Shown here in pieces: positions 54,848 through 64,000 of a stretch of DNA of 64,000 nucleotides. Made by a program: the position numbers and the translations under genes. Every line of letters begins with the position of its first letter. Within the stretch, counting starts at the first letter, position 1. Below the pieces are notes generated by a model. It was not told where the DNA came from and ran no database searches. It saw nothing but the letters and a program-made list of their open reading frames with translations. Source of the stretch: a virus; the IMG/VR virus record IMGVR_UViG_3300045988_037140, positions 11,143-75,142 of that record; one strand, 5' to 3'.

Positions 54848-54935
54848 AATAAAGAATCGACGAACTGGCCGGAACCTAGACGGCCGTTCGCCGAAACTAA
54901 AATAGGGTTTACTATTTTTGGAAAGGAAAAGTGGT

Positions 54936-55145
54936 ATGAATATTTTATATGTAGATATGACTAGTATGAATGTTTCAGAAGTAGCTTCGCTGCATGAACA
55001 ACTCTCCTATAAGCTAAATGGAGATTTAATTACACTACCGATGAATACTAGACTGCTCTATGACGTGAGATTGGAAGATTTGTATGATTTAAAAGCTAAA
55101 GTAGATGCAGCGATTAAGGAGAAGGAAAATGGAACTAACACGTAA
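54936..55145 (+). CDS. hypothetical protein
   Basis: ATG after ggaaaggaaaag. Confidence 0.35.
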   Translation: MNILYVDMTSMNVSEVASLHEQLSYKLNGDLITLPMNTRLLYDVRLEDLYDLKAKVDAAIKEKENGTNT

Positions 55146-56289
55146 ACAAGAGGAAGGATTGAGAATCGCAGTAGAGCGATATCACCAAAATGAACCCTAT
55201 ACCGTGATTGCTGGATACGCTGGTACTGGTAAATCAACACTTATTAAATTCATTATTTCTGCTCTAGATATCAACCCTGAACGAGTGGCCTATATTGCTT
55301 ATACTGGCAAAGCCGCACAGGTGCTAAGAAATAAAGGTTGTCCAACTGCGATGACTGCGCACCGACTGCTCTATAAATCCTTACAGCGAGCTGATGGCAC
55401 CTTCATTCATATTCCAAGAGAGTCACTCAACTCTGATTGCGACATTGTCGTGGTAGATGAGGTATCTATGCTGCCAAAACAGATGTGGGAGCTATTACTA
55501 TCGCATAATGTTTATGTAATTGCTTGCGGCGACCCAGGTCAGTTACCTCCTATTGGCGAGGAGAATGGTATCCTCGATCATCCGCATATCTTCCTTGACG
55601 AAATTATGCGGCAGGCCGCAGAAAGCGAAATTATCCGCCTGTCCGCAGATATTCGAGCTGGTAAGATCATCAAACCTTACAAGGGTTCTGAAATCAACGT
55701 AGTTCGACAGAGAGACCTTTGTGATGGTATGTTCACATGGGCGGATCAAATCCTCTGTGGCAAGAATATCACTCGTCATACTATGAATACTTATTATCGT
55801 AATATGCGATATGGCGAAAATATTCCTGCTCCTATTGTTGGAGATAAGGTTATTTGTCTTAAGAATAACTGGGATAAGATTACTGCCACAGGTGATGCTC
55901 TTGTTAATGGAACCATCGGCACAATCGAAGAGATTGCTACTTACCCTAATCCATGGCTTAATCCCATGTGCATCATTGATTTCGCACCAGAGACCATTGA
56001 TGAAACCGATCCTCGTGATCAGGTATTCCATGAACTCTTGATGGACTATAAGCTTATCACCACAAAAGAAGCAACTGTAAACAAGGAAAACTTCCGAATG
56101 TTTCCTAAGCAGTTGCGACCAGAGCAATTTGATTATGGTTACTGCATTACCGTTCATAAGAGTCAAGGTAGTGAGTATGATAAAGTATTAGTGCTTGAAG
56201 AGGTGCTTAAAAGAGCAGACCATGCAAGATGGCTATACACGGCTGTAACAAGGGCTTCGCAGAAATTAACCTTGGTACTAAAAGATTGA
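55129..56289 (+). CDS. SF1 DNA helicase (Dda/RecD-like)
   Basis: GYAGTGKST, DEVSM, GDPGQLPP, TVHKSQGSE, TAVTRA motifs. Confidence 0.7.
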   Translation: MELTRKQEEGLRIAVERYHQNEPYTVIAGYAGTGKSTLIKFIISALDINPERVAYIAYTGKAAQVLRNKGCPTAMTAHRLLYKSLQRADGTFIHIPRESLNSDCDIVVVDEVSMLPKQMWELLLSHNVYVIACGDPGQLPPIGEENGILDHPHIFLDEIMRQAAESEIIRLSADIRAGKIIKPYKGSEINVVRQRDLCDGMFTWADQILCGKNITRHTMNTYYRNMRYGENIPAPIVGDKVICLKNNWDKITATGDALVNGTIGTIEEIATYPNPWLNPMCIIDFAPETIDETDPRDQVFHELLMDYKLITTKEATVNKENFRMFPKQLRPEQFDYGYCITVHKSQGSEYDKVLVLEEVLKRADHARWLYTAVTRASQKLTLVLKD

Positions 56290-56304
56290 TAACTTGCTTT
56301 TTGT

Positions 56305-56345
56305 ATTTAATTATGCTATAATGTTTATATAAAAGGTAAAGGAGA
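56305..56345 (+). promoter_or_regulatory. phage consensus promoter + leader
   Basis: ttatgctataatgtttatataaaaggtaaaggagac. Confidence 0.45.
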
Positions 56346-56351
56346 CAGTTT

Positions 56352-59300
56352 ATGAGTTATTTCAACAATCATGCTCATACAGAATACAGCAATCTCCGTC
56401 TTCTCGACTGTATAAATCACCCGGAAGAGTTGATTGACAAAGCTATCGAGCTTGGATTGACAGGAATCGCAATCACAGACCACGAGTCGTTGAGTGCCCA
56501 TATGAGAGTCAACAAGTATGCAAAAAAGCTTCAGGAAACTCATCCTGAGTTTACCGTGGCATTGGGCAACGAAATTTATCTGACCGATACGCGAGAAATG
56601 GGCCAGAAGTATTATCACTTTATTCTTCTCGCAAAGAATGAACATGGCTATAGAGGTCTGAAAGAATTATCCTCTATTGCATGGACGAACGGTTATTATG
56701 ACCGTCGAATGGAAAGAGTGCCTCTCCTCAAATCTGAACTCAAAGAGGTTATGCAGAGATTTAAGGGAGATATTATTGGCACAACCGCTTGTATCGGTGG
56801 AGAATTGGGACAATCCATTCTAAATCTTGATGCTTGCGAAAAAGCTAACGATGAAAATAATGCGCATCGTTACCATGAGCAGATTATCGACTTTATGGAG
56901 TTCGGTATTGATGTCTTTGGTAAAGATGATTTTTATATAGAGTGTGCGCCAGCAGACAATCAAGAGCAGATTATTGCGAACAAGAGAATGCTTAGCATCG
57001 CTAAAGCATTTGATGTAAAGATGTGTGTTGGCACAGATGCTCACTATCTCACTAAGGAAGATAGATATGTGCATAAATCATATCTTAATTCCAAATGTGG
57101 AGAAAGAGAAGTTGATTCATTTTATGAGTTTACTTATCTTATGTCTGAGCAAGAGGCAACAGATTTACTTTTGTCTAGCTACGACTTAAATACAATTTAT
57201 TGGATCTACGACAATTCCAATGAAATCAAGGATAAGATTGAGTTTTACTCTCTTGAGAAGCATCAGTCTATTCCAGAAGTAGAAGTAACTCATTATGATA
57301 AGTATGATTGGTCACGAGTTCCAGAAGATATGATGGATACTTTCCGTGACGACTATAAGGTACTCACTTCTTTGATTGAATCCGATAATGAGCAAGAGAA
57401 ATATTGGATTCAAGAGTGTATCATTGCGATGCAAGAGAAAGGTCTTATCCACAAGAAAGAGTATTGGGAAAGACTTGAAGAAGAAGCAAGAGTAAAGAGA
57501 GTTATCGGTGAAAAGTTGCAGACTTGTATGTTTGCATATCCTAATACATTGAAACACTATGTAGATTTGTTCTGGGATTGCGGCAGTACAGTTGGCGCAG
57601 GTCGTGGTTCTGCGTGTGCAGCTTTGAATCATTATCTCCTTGGTATTACTCAGCTTGACCCTATCGAATGGGATTTACCATTCTGGCGTTATATTAACGA
57701 TGAACGTGTTGAGTTAGGTGATATCGATCTTGACTTAGCACCGTCTAAAATTCAGAAGATTTTCGCCGAAATCCGCAAGGAAAGAGGAGAACTTGGTCTT
57801 ATTCAGGTTTGCACTTTCGGCACAGAAGGTACAAAATCTGCAATCTTGACTGCGTGTAGAGGTTATCGTTCTGAGGAGTATCCAGATGGTATTGATGTTG
57901 ATGAAGCACAATATTTGAGTTCTTTGATTCCTCAAGAGCGTGGTTTCTTGTGGCCTATTGAAGATGTTGTCAATGGCAATCAAGAGAAAGGCAGAAAGCC
58001 TGTTAAAGCATTTGTAACTGCGGTTTCGCAGTATGATGGACTCTTAGACATCATTGTTCGTATTCAAGGTATGGTGAATAAGAGAAGTAGTCACGCATCT
58101 GGTGTTATTCTCTTTGATGAAAATATCTATGATTCTGCCGCAGTCATGCGTACCCCAAAGGGCGCATTGATTACCCAGTGGGATCTACATGACCAGGAAG
58201 CCGCAGGCTCTGTGAAATATGACTTCCTGTTAACAAGCGTACAGGATATTATCATTCAGACTATTGAGCTTCTTCAAGCTGATGGAGTTATTGAGAAAGA
58301 CTTAACTCTTAGAGAGGTTTATAATAAATATCTACATCCATCTGTTCTTCCGCAGGATGATGAAGCTATGTGGACTGCTCTGGCAAATGGTGATGTAATT
58401 GGTTGCTTCCAGTTCGATAGTGCAGTTGGTGCACAAGCGGCCAAGAAAATCCGTCCGCATAATCCTCTCGAAATGGCGGACGCAAATGGTCTAATGCGTC
58501 TTATGGCTTCTGAGCCGGGCGCAGAAACTCCGATGGAAAAGTATGTCAGATATAAGAATAATATTTCTTTGTGGTATCAAGAGATGGATAATAATGGTCT
58601 GACGAAACAAGAGCAAAAGACTTTGGAGCCTTACTTCTTATCATCTTATGGTGTACCTCCTTCTCAGGAGCAGTTAATGAAGATGCTGCGGGACCCCGAT
58701 ATTTGCAACTTTAGTCTGGCTGAAGCAAACGCCGCAAGAAAGATTGTTGGTAAGAAGCAGATGAATAAGATTCCAGAACTTCACCAAAAGGTTTTGGATA
58801 CTGCAAAGTCAGAGACATTGGGTAAATATGTCTGGAAGTTTGGCCTCGGCCCGCAGATGGGTTATTCATTCTCTGTAATCCATGCTCTTGCTTATAGCTT
58901 TGTTGGTATGCAAACTCTTTATCTCGCCACTCATTTCAATCCCGTGTATTGGAATACTGCGTACCTAATCGTTAATAGCGGGGCTATTGATGAAGATGAA
59001 GGCGAGCAATCTGACTATACAAAGTTAGCAAAGGCTATTGGTGAAATTCGTAACAAGGGTATTAAGGTATCTCTTGTTGATATTAACCATTCTGCACTTG
59101 GATTTAAGCCCGACGCAGAGAACAATCAAATCTTGTTTGGTCTAAAGGGTTTAACTAATGTCAACAATGATTTGATTAAAGAGATTATTGCAAATCGTCC
59201 ATATGTATCTATGGTTGATTTTTATTATAGAGTAACGCCTAATAAGCAAGCTATGATTGCTCTTATTAAGGGCGGTGCTTTTGATCAGTTCTGCGATCGT

Positions 59301-60248
59301 AAAGAAGCTATGGTACAATATTTGTGGATGACCTGCGACAGAAAAAAGCGTTTAACTCTACAGAATATGCCGGGTCTTATTCGCTATGGTCTTCTGCCTG
59401 AAAATACAGAAGAACAAGTTCTTGCACGTCGGATCTATGAGTTCAATCGGTATCTAAAAGCAGAATGTAAGTACGATGGGACTTATTATAAGTTGGATGA
59501 ACGAGCGGTTGACTTCATCTATGAACTTAGTACGCAAGTCGGTGGCATCGAGGAGAATATCGTGAATGAGAATGATATGTTCTTATTCAATGTTAAAGAT
59601 TGGGATAACTTCTATCAGAAGGAAATGGATATATTTAGAGATTGGATTAAAGAGAATAAAGATAGTATTCTTGATGAACTGAATACTCGAATCTTCATGC
59701 AAGATTGGGAAAAATATGCTAAAGGAAATATCTCCTCTTGGGAAATGGAAGTCCTGTGCTTTTATTACCATGACCATGAATTGAGCGATGTAAATACTCA
59801 GAAGTATGGTTTAGTAGACTTCTTCTCTCTACCTGAAGAGCCAATTATTGAAAAGACTTTCAAGAAAGGCGCATCTATTATTCCAATCTATAAGCTCAAT
59901 AGAATTTGCGGAACTTGTATTGCAAAAAATAAGACTAAGAGCGTTGTATATCTACTCACAACAACAGGTGTAGTATCTGTTAAGTTCAGACAGGAGTATT
60001 TCGCTTTGTTCGATAAGCAGACCTTCCGCAAGAATAGTGATGGAACTAAAACCGTCATTGAGAAGTCTTGGTTCAACCGTGGCACTATGATTATGGTGCA
60101 AGGTATCCGCAGAGGCGATGAATTTGTAACTAAGAAGTATGCAAGTTCTAATGGTCACCAGTTATATCATATTGATGAAGTGACTGCTGATGGTTCTCTT
60201 GTTTTAAGAAGTGAGAGAGCAACTGGGGAGGAAGAAGAAGATGAATAA
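56352..60248 (+). CDS. DNA polymerase III alpha subunit (DnaE/PolC family; PHP domain)
   Basis: N-terminal PHP HAHTEYSNLRLLD...ITDHE; polymerase core; 1298 aa. Confidence 0.75.
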   Translation: MSYFNNHAHTEYSNLRLLDCINHPEELIDKAIELGLTGIAITDHESLSAHMRVNKYAKKLQETHPEFTVALGNEIYLTDTREMGQKYYHFILLAKNEHGYRGLKELSSIAWTNGYYDRRMERVPLLKSELKEVMQRFKGDIIGTTACIGGELGQSILNLDACEKANDENNAHRYHEQIIDFMEFGIDVFGKDDFYIECAPADNQEQIIANKRMLSIAKAFDVKMCVGTDAHYLTKEDRYVHKSYLNSKCGEREVDSFYEFTYLMSEQEATDLLLSSYDLNTIYWIYDNSNEIKDKIEFYSLEKHQSIPEVEVTHYDKYDWSRVPEDMMDTFRDDYKVLTSLIESDNEQEKYWIQECIIAMQEKGLIHKKEYWERLEEEARVKRVIGEKLQTCMFAYPNTLKHYVDLFWDCGSTVGAGRGSACAALNHYLLGITQLDPIEWDLPFWRYINDERVELGDIDLDLAPSKIQKIFAEIRKERGELGLIQVCTFGTEGTKSAILTACRGYRSEEYPDGIDVDEAQYLSSLIPQERGFLWPIEDVVNGNQEKGRKPVKAFVTAVSQYDGLLDIIVRIQGMVNKRSSHASGVILFDENIYDSAAVMRTPKGALITQWDLHDQEAAGSVKYDFLLTSVQDIIIQTIELLQADGVIEKDLTLREVYNKYLHPSVLPQDDEAMWTALANGDVIGCFQFDSAVGAQAAKKIRPHNPLEMADANGLMRLMASEPGAETPMEKYVRYKNNISLWYQEMDNNGLTKQEQKTLEPYFLSSYGVPPSQEQLMKMLRDPDICNFSLAEANAARKIVGKKQMNKIPELHQKVLDTAKSETLGKYVWKFGLGPQMGYSFSVIHALAYSFVGMQTLYLATHFNPVYWNTAYLIVNSGAIDEDEGEQSDYTKLAKAIGEIRNKGIKVSLVDINHSALGFKPDAENNQILFGLKGLTNVNNDLIKEIIANRPYVSMVDFYYRVTPNKQAMIALIKGGAFDQFCDRKEAMVQYLWMTCDRKKRLTLQNMPGLIRYGLLPENTEEQVLARRIYEFNRYLKAECKYDGTYYKLDERAVDFIYELSTQVGGIEENIVNENDMFLFNVKDWDNFYQKEMDIFRDWIKENKDSILDELNTRIFMQDWEKYAKGNISSWEMEVLCFYYHDHELSDVNTQKYGLVDFFSLPEEPIIEKTFKKGASIIPIYKLNRICGTCIAKNKTKSVVYLLTTTGVVSVKFRQEYFALFDKQTFRKNSDGTKTVIEKSWFNRGTMIMVQGIRRGDEFVTKKYASSNGHQLYHIDEVTADGSLVLRSERATGEEEEDE

Positions 60249-60795
60249 AGTCAAAGTCATCGCTTTGTTTGGTAAAGCTGGGAGCGGGAAGGATACAATC
60301 CTTCGCGCTCTCGTTAAAGTAGATCCTGATAAATTTAATGAGATTGTGAGCTGTACTACTCGTCCTCCTCGCGAAGGAGAACAAGAGGGAGTAAACTATC
60401 ACTTCTTGACAATTGATCAATTCACAGAGAAAGTCCTTAATGGCGATATGCTAGAAGCAACTGAATTTAATGATTGGCATTATGGAACTGCTTTATCTAG
60501 TTTATTAAAAGATAAAATCAATGTGGGCGTCTTTAACCCTCAAGGTATTAGATGTCTTATGGAAGATAAACTCGTAGACTTAACTGCCTATTATGTGCAG
60601 ACTAGCGATAAAGAACGTCTAATCAGGCAGTTGAATAGAGAAGAGAATCCTGATATTAAGGAGATTATTAGACGATTCTCGACAGATGAACAAGATTTTG
60701 AAGATTTAGAGGATATTGATTATCAAGTAATTAAAAATCAAGATGCAGGCGATTTACTTCGTGCTGTCGATCTTATAACTGGGCAATTTTGTTAA
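60241..60795 (+). CDS. guanylate-kinase-like (d)NMP kinase
   Basis: ATG 60241 after ggaggaagaagaag. P-loop FGKAGSGKDT and TTRPPREGE motif. Confidence 0.55.
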   Translation: MNKVKVIALFGKAGSGKDTILRALVKVDPDKFNEIVSCTTRPPREGEQEGVNYHFLTIDQFTEKVLNGDMLEATEFNDWHYGTALSSLLKDKINVGVFNPQGIRCLMEDKLVDLTAYYVQTSDKERLIRQLNREENPDIKEIIRRFSTDEQDFEDLEDIDYQVIKNQDAGDLLRAVDLITGQFC

Positions 60796-60860
60796 ATTTG
60801 CTTATCAAAAACACCAGATATAGTATCCGTTCATAAAAATAATACAAGGGAGTGTTTTGA

Positions 60861-63101
60861 TTGCTACAAGTGAAAAAGAGAAATGGTATCCTTGTACCAT
60901 TTGATAAGCAAAGAATCGTTAATGCCATCAATAAGGCTTTTATCGAAGTTGATGGTACTTTATATGAAGAAGATACAGCAAATGATATTGCTGATGAAAT
61001 TAAGTATAGTGTAAAAACCGCAGATAAAATTATCTCTGTTGAGGAAATTCAAGACATGGTTGAAGACTTCCTCATGCGGTCTGAGCGCAAGGACGTGGCT
61101 AAAACCTACATTCGTTATCGCTATAAGCGAGAAGTTGCGCGCTCCGGTAGAGACGATTTTATTAAGGCTTTCTCTGAGAAGATTAACGGTACAGCCATTG
61201 AGAATTAGAACGCTAATGTCGATGAAATGTCATTCGGCGGTCGAGTTGGCGCAGGTTCTGACTTGCAAATGAAGAGATACGCTCTAGATTACTGCGTCTC
61301 TGATATGGCTCGCCGCAATCACGAGAACAATGAAATTTATATCCATGATCTATCTGCATATGCAGTTGGTATGCACAACTGTCTTTCTATTCCTTTTGAT
61401 GATCTACTTGCAAAAGGCTTCAATACTAGACAGACTGACGTGCGGCCCGCAGGTTCTGTGAATACTGCTTTCCAATTAGTTGCTGTTATTTTCCAGCTTC
61501 AATCCTTACAGCAGTTTGGTGGAGTAAGTGCTACTCATCTTGACTGGACTATGGTTCCTTATGTAAGAAAAAGTTTTAGAAAACACTATATTGAAGGTTT
61601 AAAGTATATTGAGAATATCTCCGATAAAGAGCTTTTTGACCATATCCCAGATACTGCTGGAATTGAAGATAATGAATATATGATTTATGATAAAGCATAT
61701 CAATATGCTCTTGATATGACTGTTAAAGAAGTACATCAAGCTGTAGAAGGTATGTATCATAATCTTAATACTCTCCAGTCTCGCTCTGGTAATCAATTAC
61801 CTTTTACTTCTATCAACTATGGTACTTGTACGTTGCCAGAAGGTAGAATGGTCACGAAAGCATTGCTTGATGTTTCTATTGAGGGACTTGGTAGATTACA
61901 TAAGACTTCTATCTTCCCATGTGGTATCTTCCAGTGCATGAAAGGCGTCAATCAAAAGCCCGGTGATCCAAACTATGATCTGTTTAGACTGGCTCTAAGA
62001 TCTACTGCAACTAGACTTTATCCCAACTATGCTAATGTTGATTGGTCTGGTAATGCGGGATATGACATCAATGACCCCAAGACCTATTTCTCTACTATGG
62101 GCTGCCGCACCGCAAATGGCTGGGATATCAACGGTATGGGTCAAACAAAAGATGGTCGTGGTAATATTTGCCCCGTAACTATTATCATGCCTACTTTAGC
62201 TATGGAGTGTAAGATTAACTTTGATGCAGATGTAAAAGGCCATTATTCTTTTAATGATAGACAAATTTTAATTGACAGATTCCTTTATAAACTTGACCAG
62301 AAGATCCATGAAGCAAAAGATATGCTGATTGAACGCTTTGATTATATCTGCTCTCAACCCGCGGCATCCGCTAAATTCATGTATGAGAACGGCTTAATGG
62401 CAGGATATGATGGTAAGACTACTCGTAGTGCTCTTAGACATGGTACTCTTGCTGTTGGTCAGATCGGTCTAGCTGAGACTCTGCAAATCCTTATCGGTCA
62501 AGACCATACTACTCCAGAAGGTATGGAACTAGCGAAACGAATTGAACAGCTCTTCAAGGATAGATGTGCAGAGTTTAAAGAACAGTATAAGTTAAACTTT
62601 GGTGTATATTATACACCTGCTGAGAATCTTTGCTATACCGCTATGACAAAATTCAAAGAGAAGTATGGAGAGATTCCTAATGTGAGTGACAGAGATTACT
62701 TTACTAACTCTATTCATGTTCCAGTCTGGAAAGAAATGTCTCCGTTCGATAAGATTGATATTGAAAGCCAGTTAACTGGGTATTCTTCTGCTGGTTGCAT
62801 CACTTATGTCGAACTTGATAGCGGTGTCAAAAATAACATTGATGCTTTGGAAACTCTAGTGCATTATGCTATGGAACATGACATTCCTTACTTTGCTATC
62901 AATGTTCCTAATGATACTTGTCTTGAATGTGGTTTCATGGACGAATTTAATGATCACTGCCCTGTTTGTGGAAGCCATCATATCCAGCAGCTTAGACGAG
63001 TGACTGGTTATCTAACTGGTAACTATACGACTGCATTTAATGCAGGTAAAATTGCAGAAACAAATGATAGAGTAAAACACGCTGGTCGATTGGAGGAATG
63101 A
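60861..63101 (+). CDS. nrdD: anaerobic ribonucleoside-triphosphate reductase NrdD (ATP-cone + catalytic + glycyl-radical domain); one in-frame TAG
   Basis: ORF-track pieces 60861-61208 (ATP cone, VKKRNGILVPFDKQRIVNAINKA) and 61227-63101 (catalytic domain, C-terminal CLECG...CPVCG zinc ribbon, RVTGYLTG glycyl radical) share one frame through TAG 61206-61208. Confidence 0.7.
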
Positions 63102-63104
63102 CCT

Positions 63105-63599
63105 ATTCGTTACGCAGGAATTATTTATAATGACTTTTCTTCAGCGCCGGGTGTGTGCCTATCATTCTTTACTCAGGGGTGCCCCTTCCATTGTGAGGGG
63201 TGCCACAACCCTGAGACTTGGGATTTTGATGGCGGAAGAGAGTTTACACAAGATACTTTGCAATCAATCATTACTGGATTGCAAGCTAATGGGATACATA
63301 GAAATCTATGTGTCATGGGTGGAGAACCTTTATGCCAGAATAACTCATTCCTTACTCGCTTGATTGTAACAACAGTAAAGAAAGAGCTACCGGATACTAA
63401 AATCTACATTTGGACAGGTAATAAATATGAAGAACTTCTTCATTCTTCTGATACCAATATGCGGGAAATCCTTAAGACTGCGGATGTCTTGATTGATGGC
63501 CCTTATATTCAAGCTGAACGAGATATTACCTTGCCTATGCGCGGTAGCCGCAATCAGCGCATTATTAACTTACGCGAGGTTTACCATGAAAAAGCGTGA
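63105..63599 (+). CDS. nrdG: anaerobic RNR activating enzyme NrdG (radical SAM CPFHCEGC); probable AUU start
   Basis: Homology to NrdG (IIYNDFSSAPG vs T4 RIYPCDFVNGPG) extends upstream of the ORF-track start 63153 into a frame with no ATG/GTG/TTG. ATT 63105 lies 8 nt after GGAGG. Confidence 0.55.
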   Translation: MRYAGIIYNDFSSAPGVCLSFFTQGCPFHCEGCHNPETWDFDGGREFTQDTLQSIITGLQANGIHRNLCVMGGEPLCQNNSFLTRLIVTTVKKELPDTKIYIWTGNKYEELLHSSDTNMREILKTADVLIDGPYIQAERDITLPMRGSRNQRIINLREVYHEKA

Positions 63600-64000
63600 A
63601 TTGATTAAAAAGGGAATTACTCTTATGAATGATAAGATTTAGGCTGGAGTAGAATCTAGTCTAAATCGAATTGTTCAACAAGTTATTGCATATAGCAATG
63701 CTTTAGAAGAATCAAAGACTCTATTAGATAAAACTCAACAATTATTCTACGATTCTCTCACTTAGACTTATAGCATTACTTCAAATGAATTAAAATAGAT
63801 TTATTCTAGAACGAAAGATTTTGAAGTTAGCGATATATTATCTCTCACCTACAATAAAGACAATAAAACTTTAAATGAAAGAATCGCTGACCACTGGTAT
63901 AAAGCAGCATCATATGCAGATAAACAAGCAATGCGGGTATATTTAATTGACAAATATGATAGGTTGCTAAGAAATGAAACCTAGATTATTAAAAATACAG
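63586..64000 (+). CDS. hypothetical protein (partial, runs off the window) with at least four in-frame TAG codons
   Basis: ATG 63586 overlaps the nrdG end. TAGs at 63640 and three more downstream; no TAA or TGA before the window end. Confidence 0.4.

Noticed and set aside
63098-63130. Programmed +1 frameshift from ATG 63098 into the nrdG frame at UUA-UAA
   Set aside because: The ATG is only 1 nt from the SD, while ATT 63105 has ideal 8-nt spacing in the correct frame. AUU initiation is more parsimonious, though the frameshift cannot be excluded without data.
4692-64000. In-frame TAG codons interpreted as pseudogenisation or sequencing errors
   Set aside because: More than 35 in-frame TAGs all leave the downstream frame open and homologous; TAA and TGA never behave this way; and a cognate CUA tRNA is encoded. 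Systematic recoding is the simpler explanation.
1-64000. CRISPR arrays, integrase/attachment sites, transposases
   Set aside because: No direct-repeat/spacer periodicity, no tyrosine/serine recombinase-like ORF and no IS-like terminal inverted repeats were seen. The window looks like contiguous lytic-phage DNA.

Overview
The whole 64 kb window reads as one large virulent-type phage genome segment. Nearly every gene is on the + strand, and no host genes or integration junctions are visible. It opens with a dense tRNA island (about 31 tRNAs plus a tmRNA, roughly 280-9770, with three more tRNA genes at 13037-14765). A nucleotide-metabolism and replication block follows: NrdDG, Pol III alpha, DnaB, primase, a Dda-like helicase, DNA ligase, topoisomerase II, ThyA/DHFR, RNase H, a RecJ-like DHH protein and a Sak4-like ATPase. 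There is a small tail-fibre-like structural block (10.0-12.5 kb) and a lysis cassette (SLH-anchored endolysin plus holin, 34.98-36.7 kb). A large RNA-repair / tRNA-maintenance supercluster spans 14.9-31 kb: a Ro60-like vWA protein, a MoxR AAA+ ATPase, an Rnl-type RNA ligase, a PNK-type kinase, four metallophosphoesterases, a Thg1-like protein and a pol-beta nucleotidyltransferase. About 20 copies of a phage-specific promoter (TGnTATAAT + ATTTATAGAAAGTTAAGAAAGGA) drive the transcription units. Three hunt results stand out. (1) The amber codon UAG is read as a sense codon, probably Gln. At least 14 genes carry in-frame TAGs, the phage encodes a CUA-anticodon tRNA, and TAA/TGA are the only real stops, so the supplied ORF track truncates or splits these genes. 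(2) A family of six AAGAC...GUCUU-clamped ncRNA modules embeds tRNA-like domains. Two are circularly permuted tRNA-like domains with closed acceptor stems, one directly upstream of the Ro60-like gene, an arrangement resembling YrlA-type Y RNAs. (3) Several non-canonical tRNAs are present: one with a 49-nt anticodon-loop insert, one with an 8-nt anticodon loop, a type-II tRNA with a Cys anticodon, a Ser tRNA with A34, and a His tRNA lacking G-1 next to a Thg1-like gene. An SLH domain on the endolysin suggests an S-layer-bearing (possibly diderm Firmicute) host.
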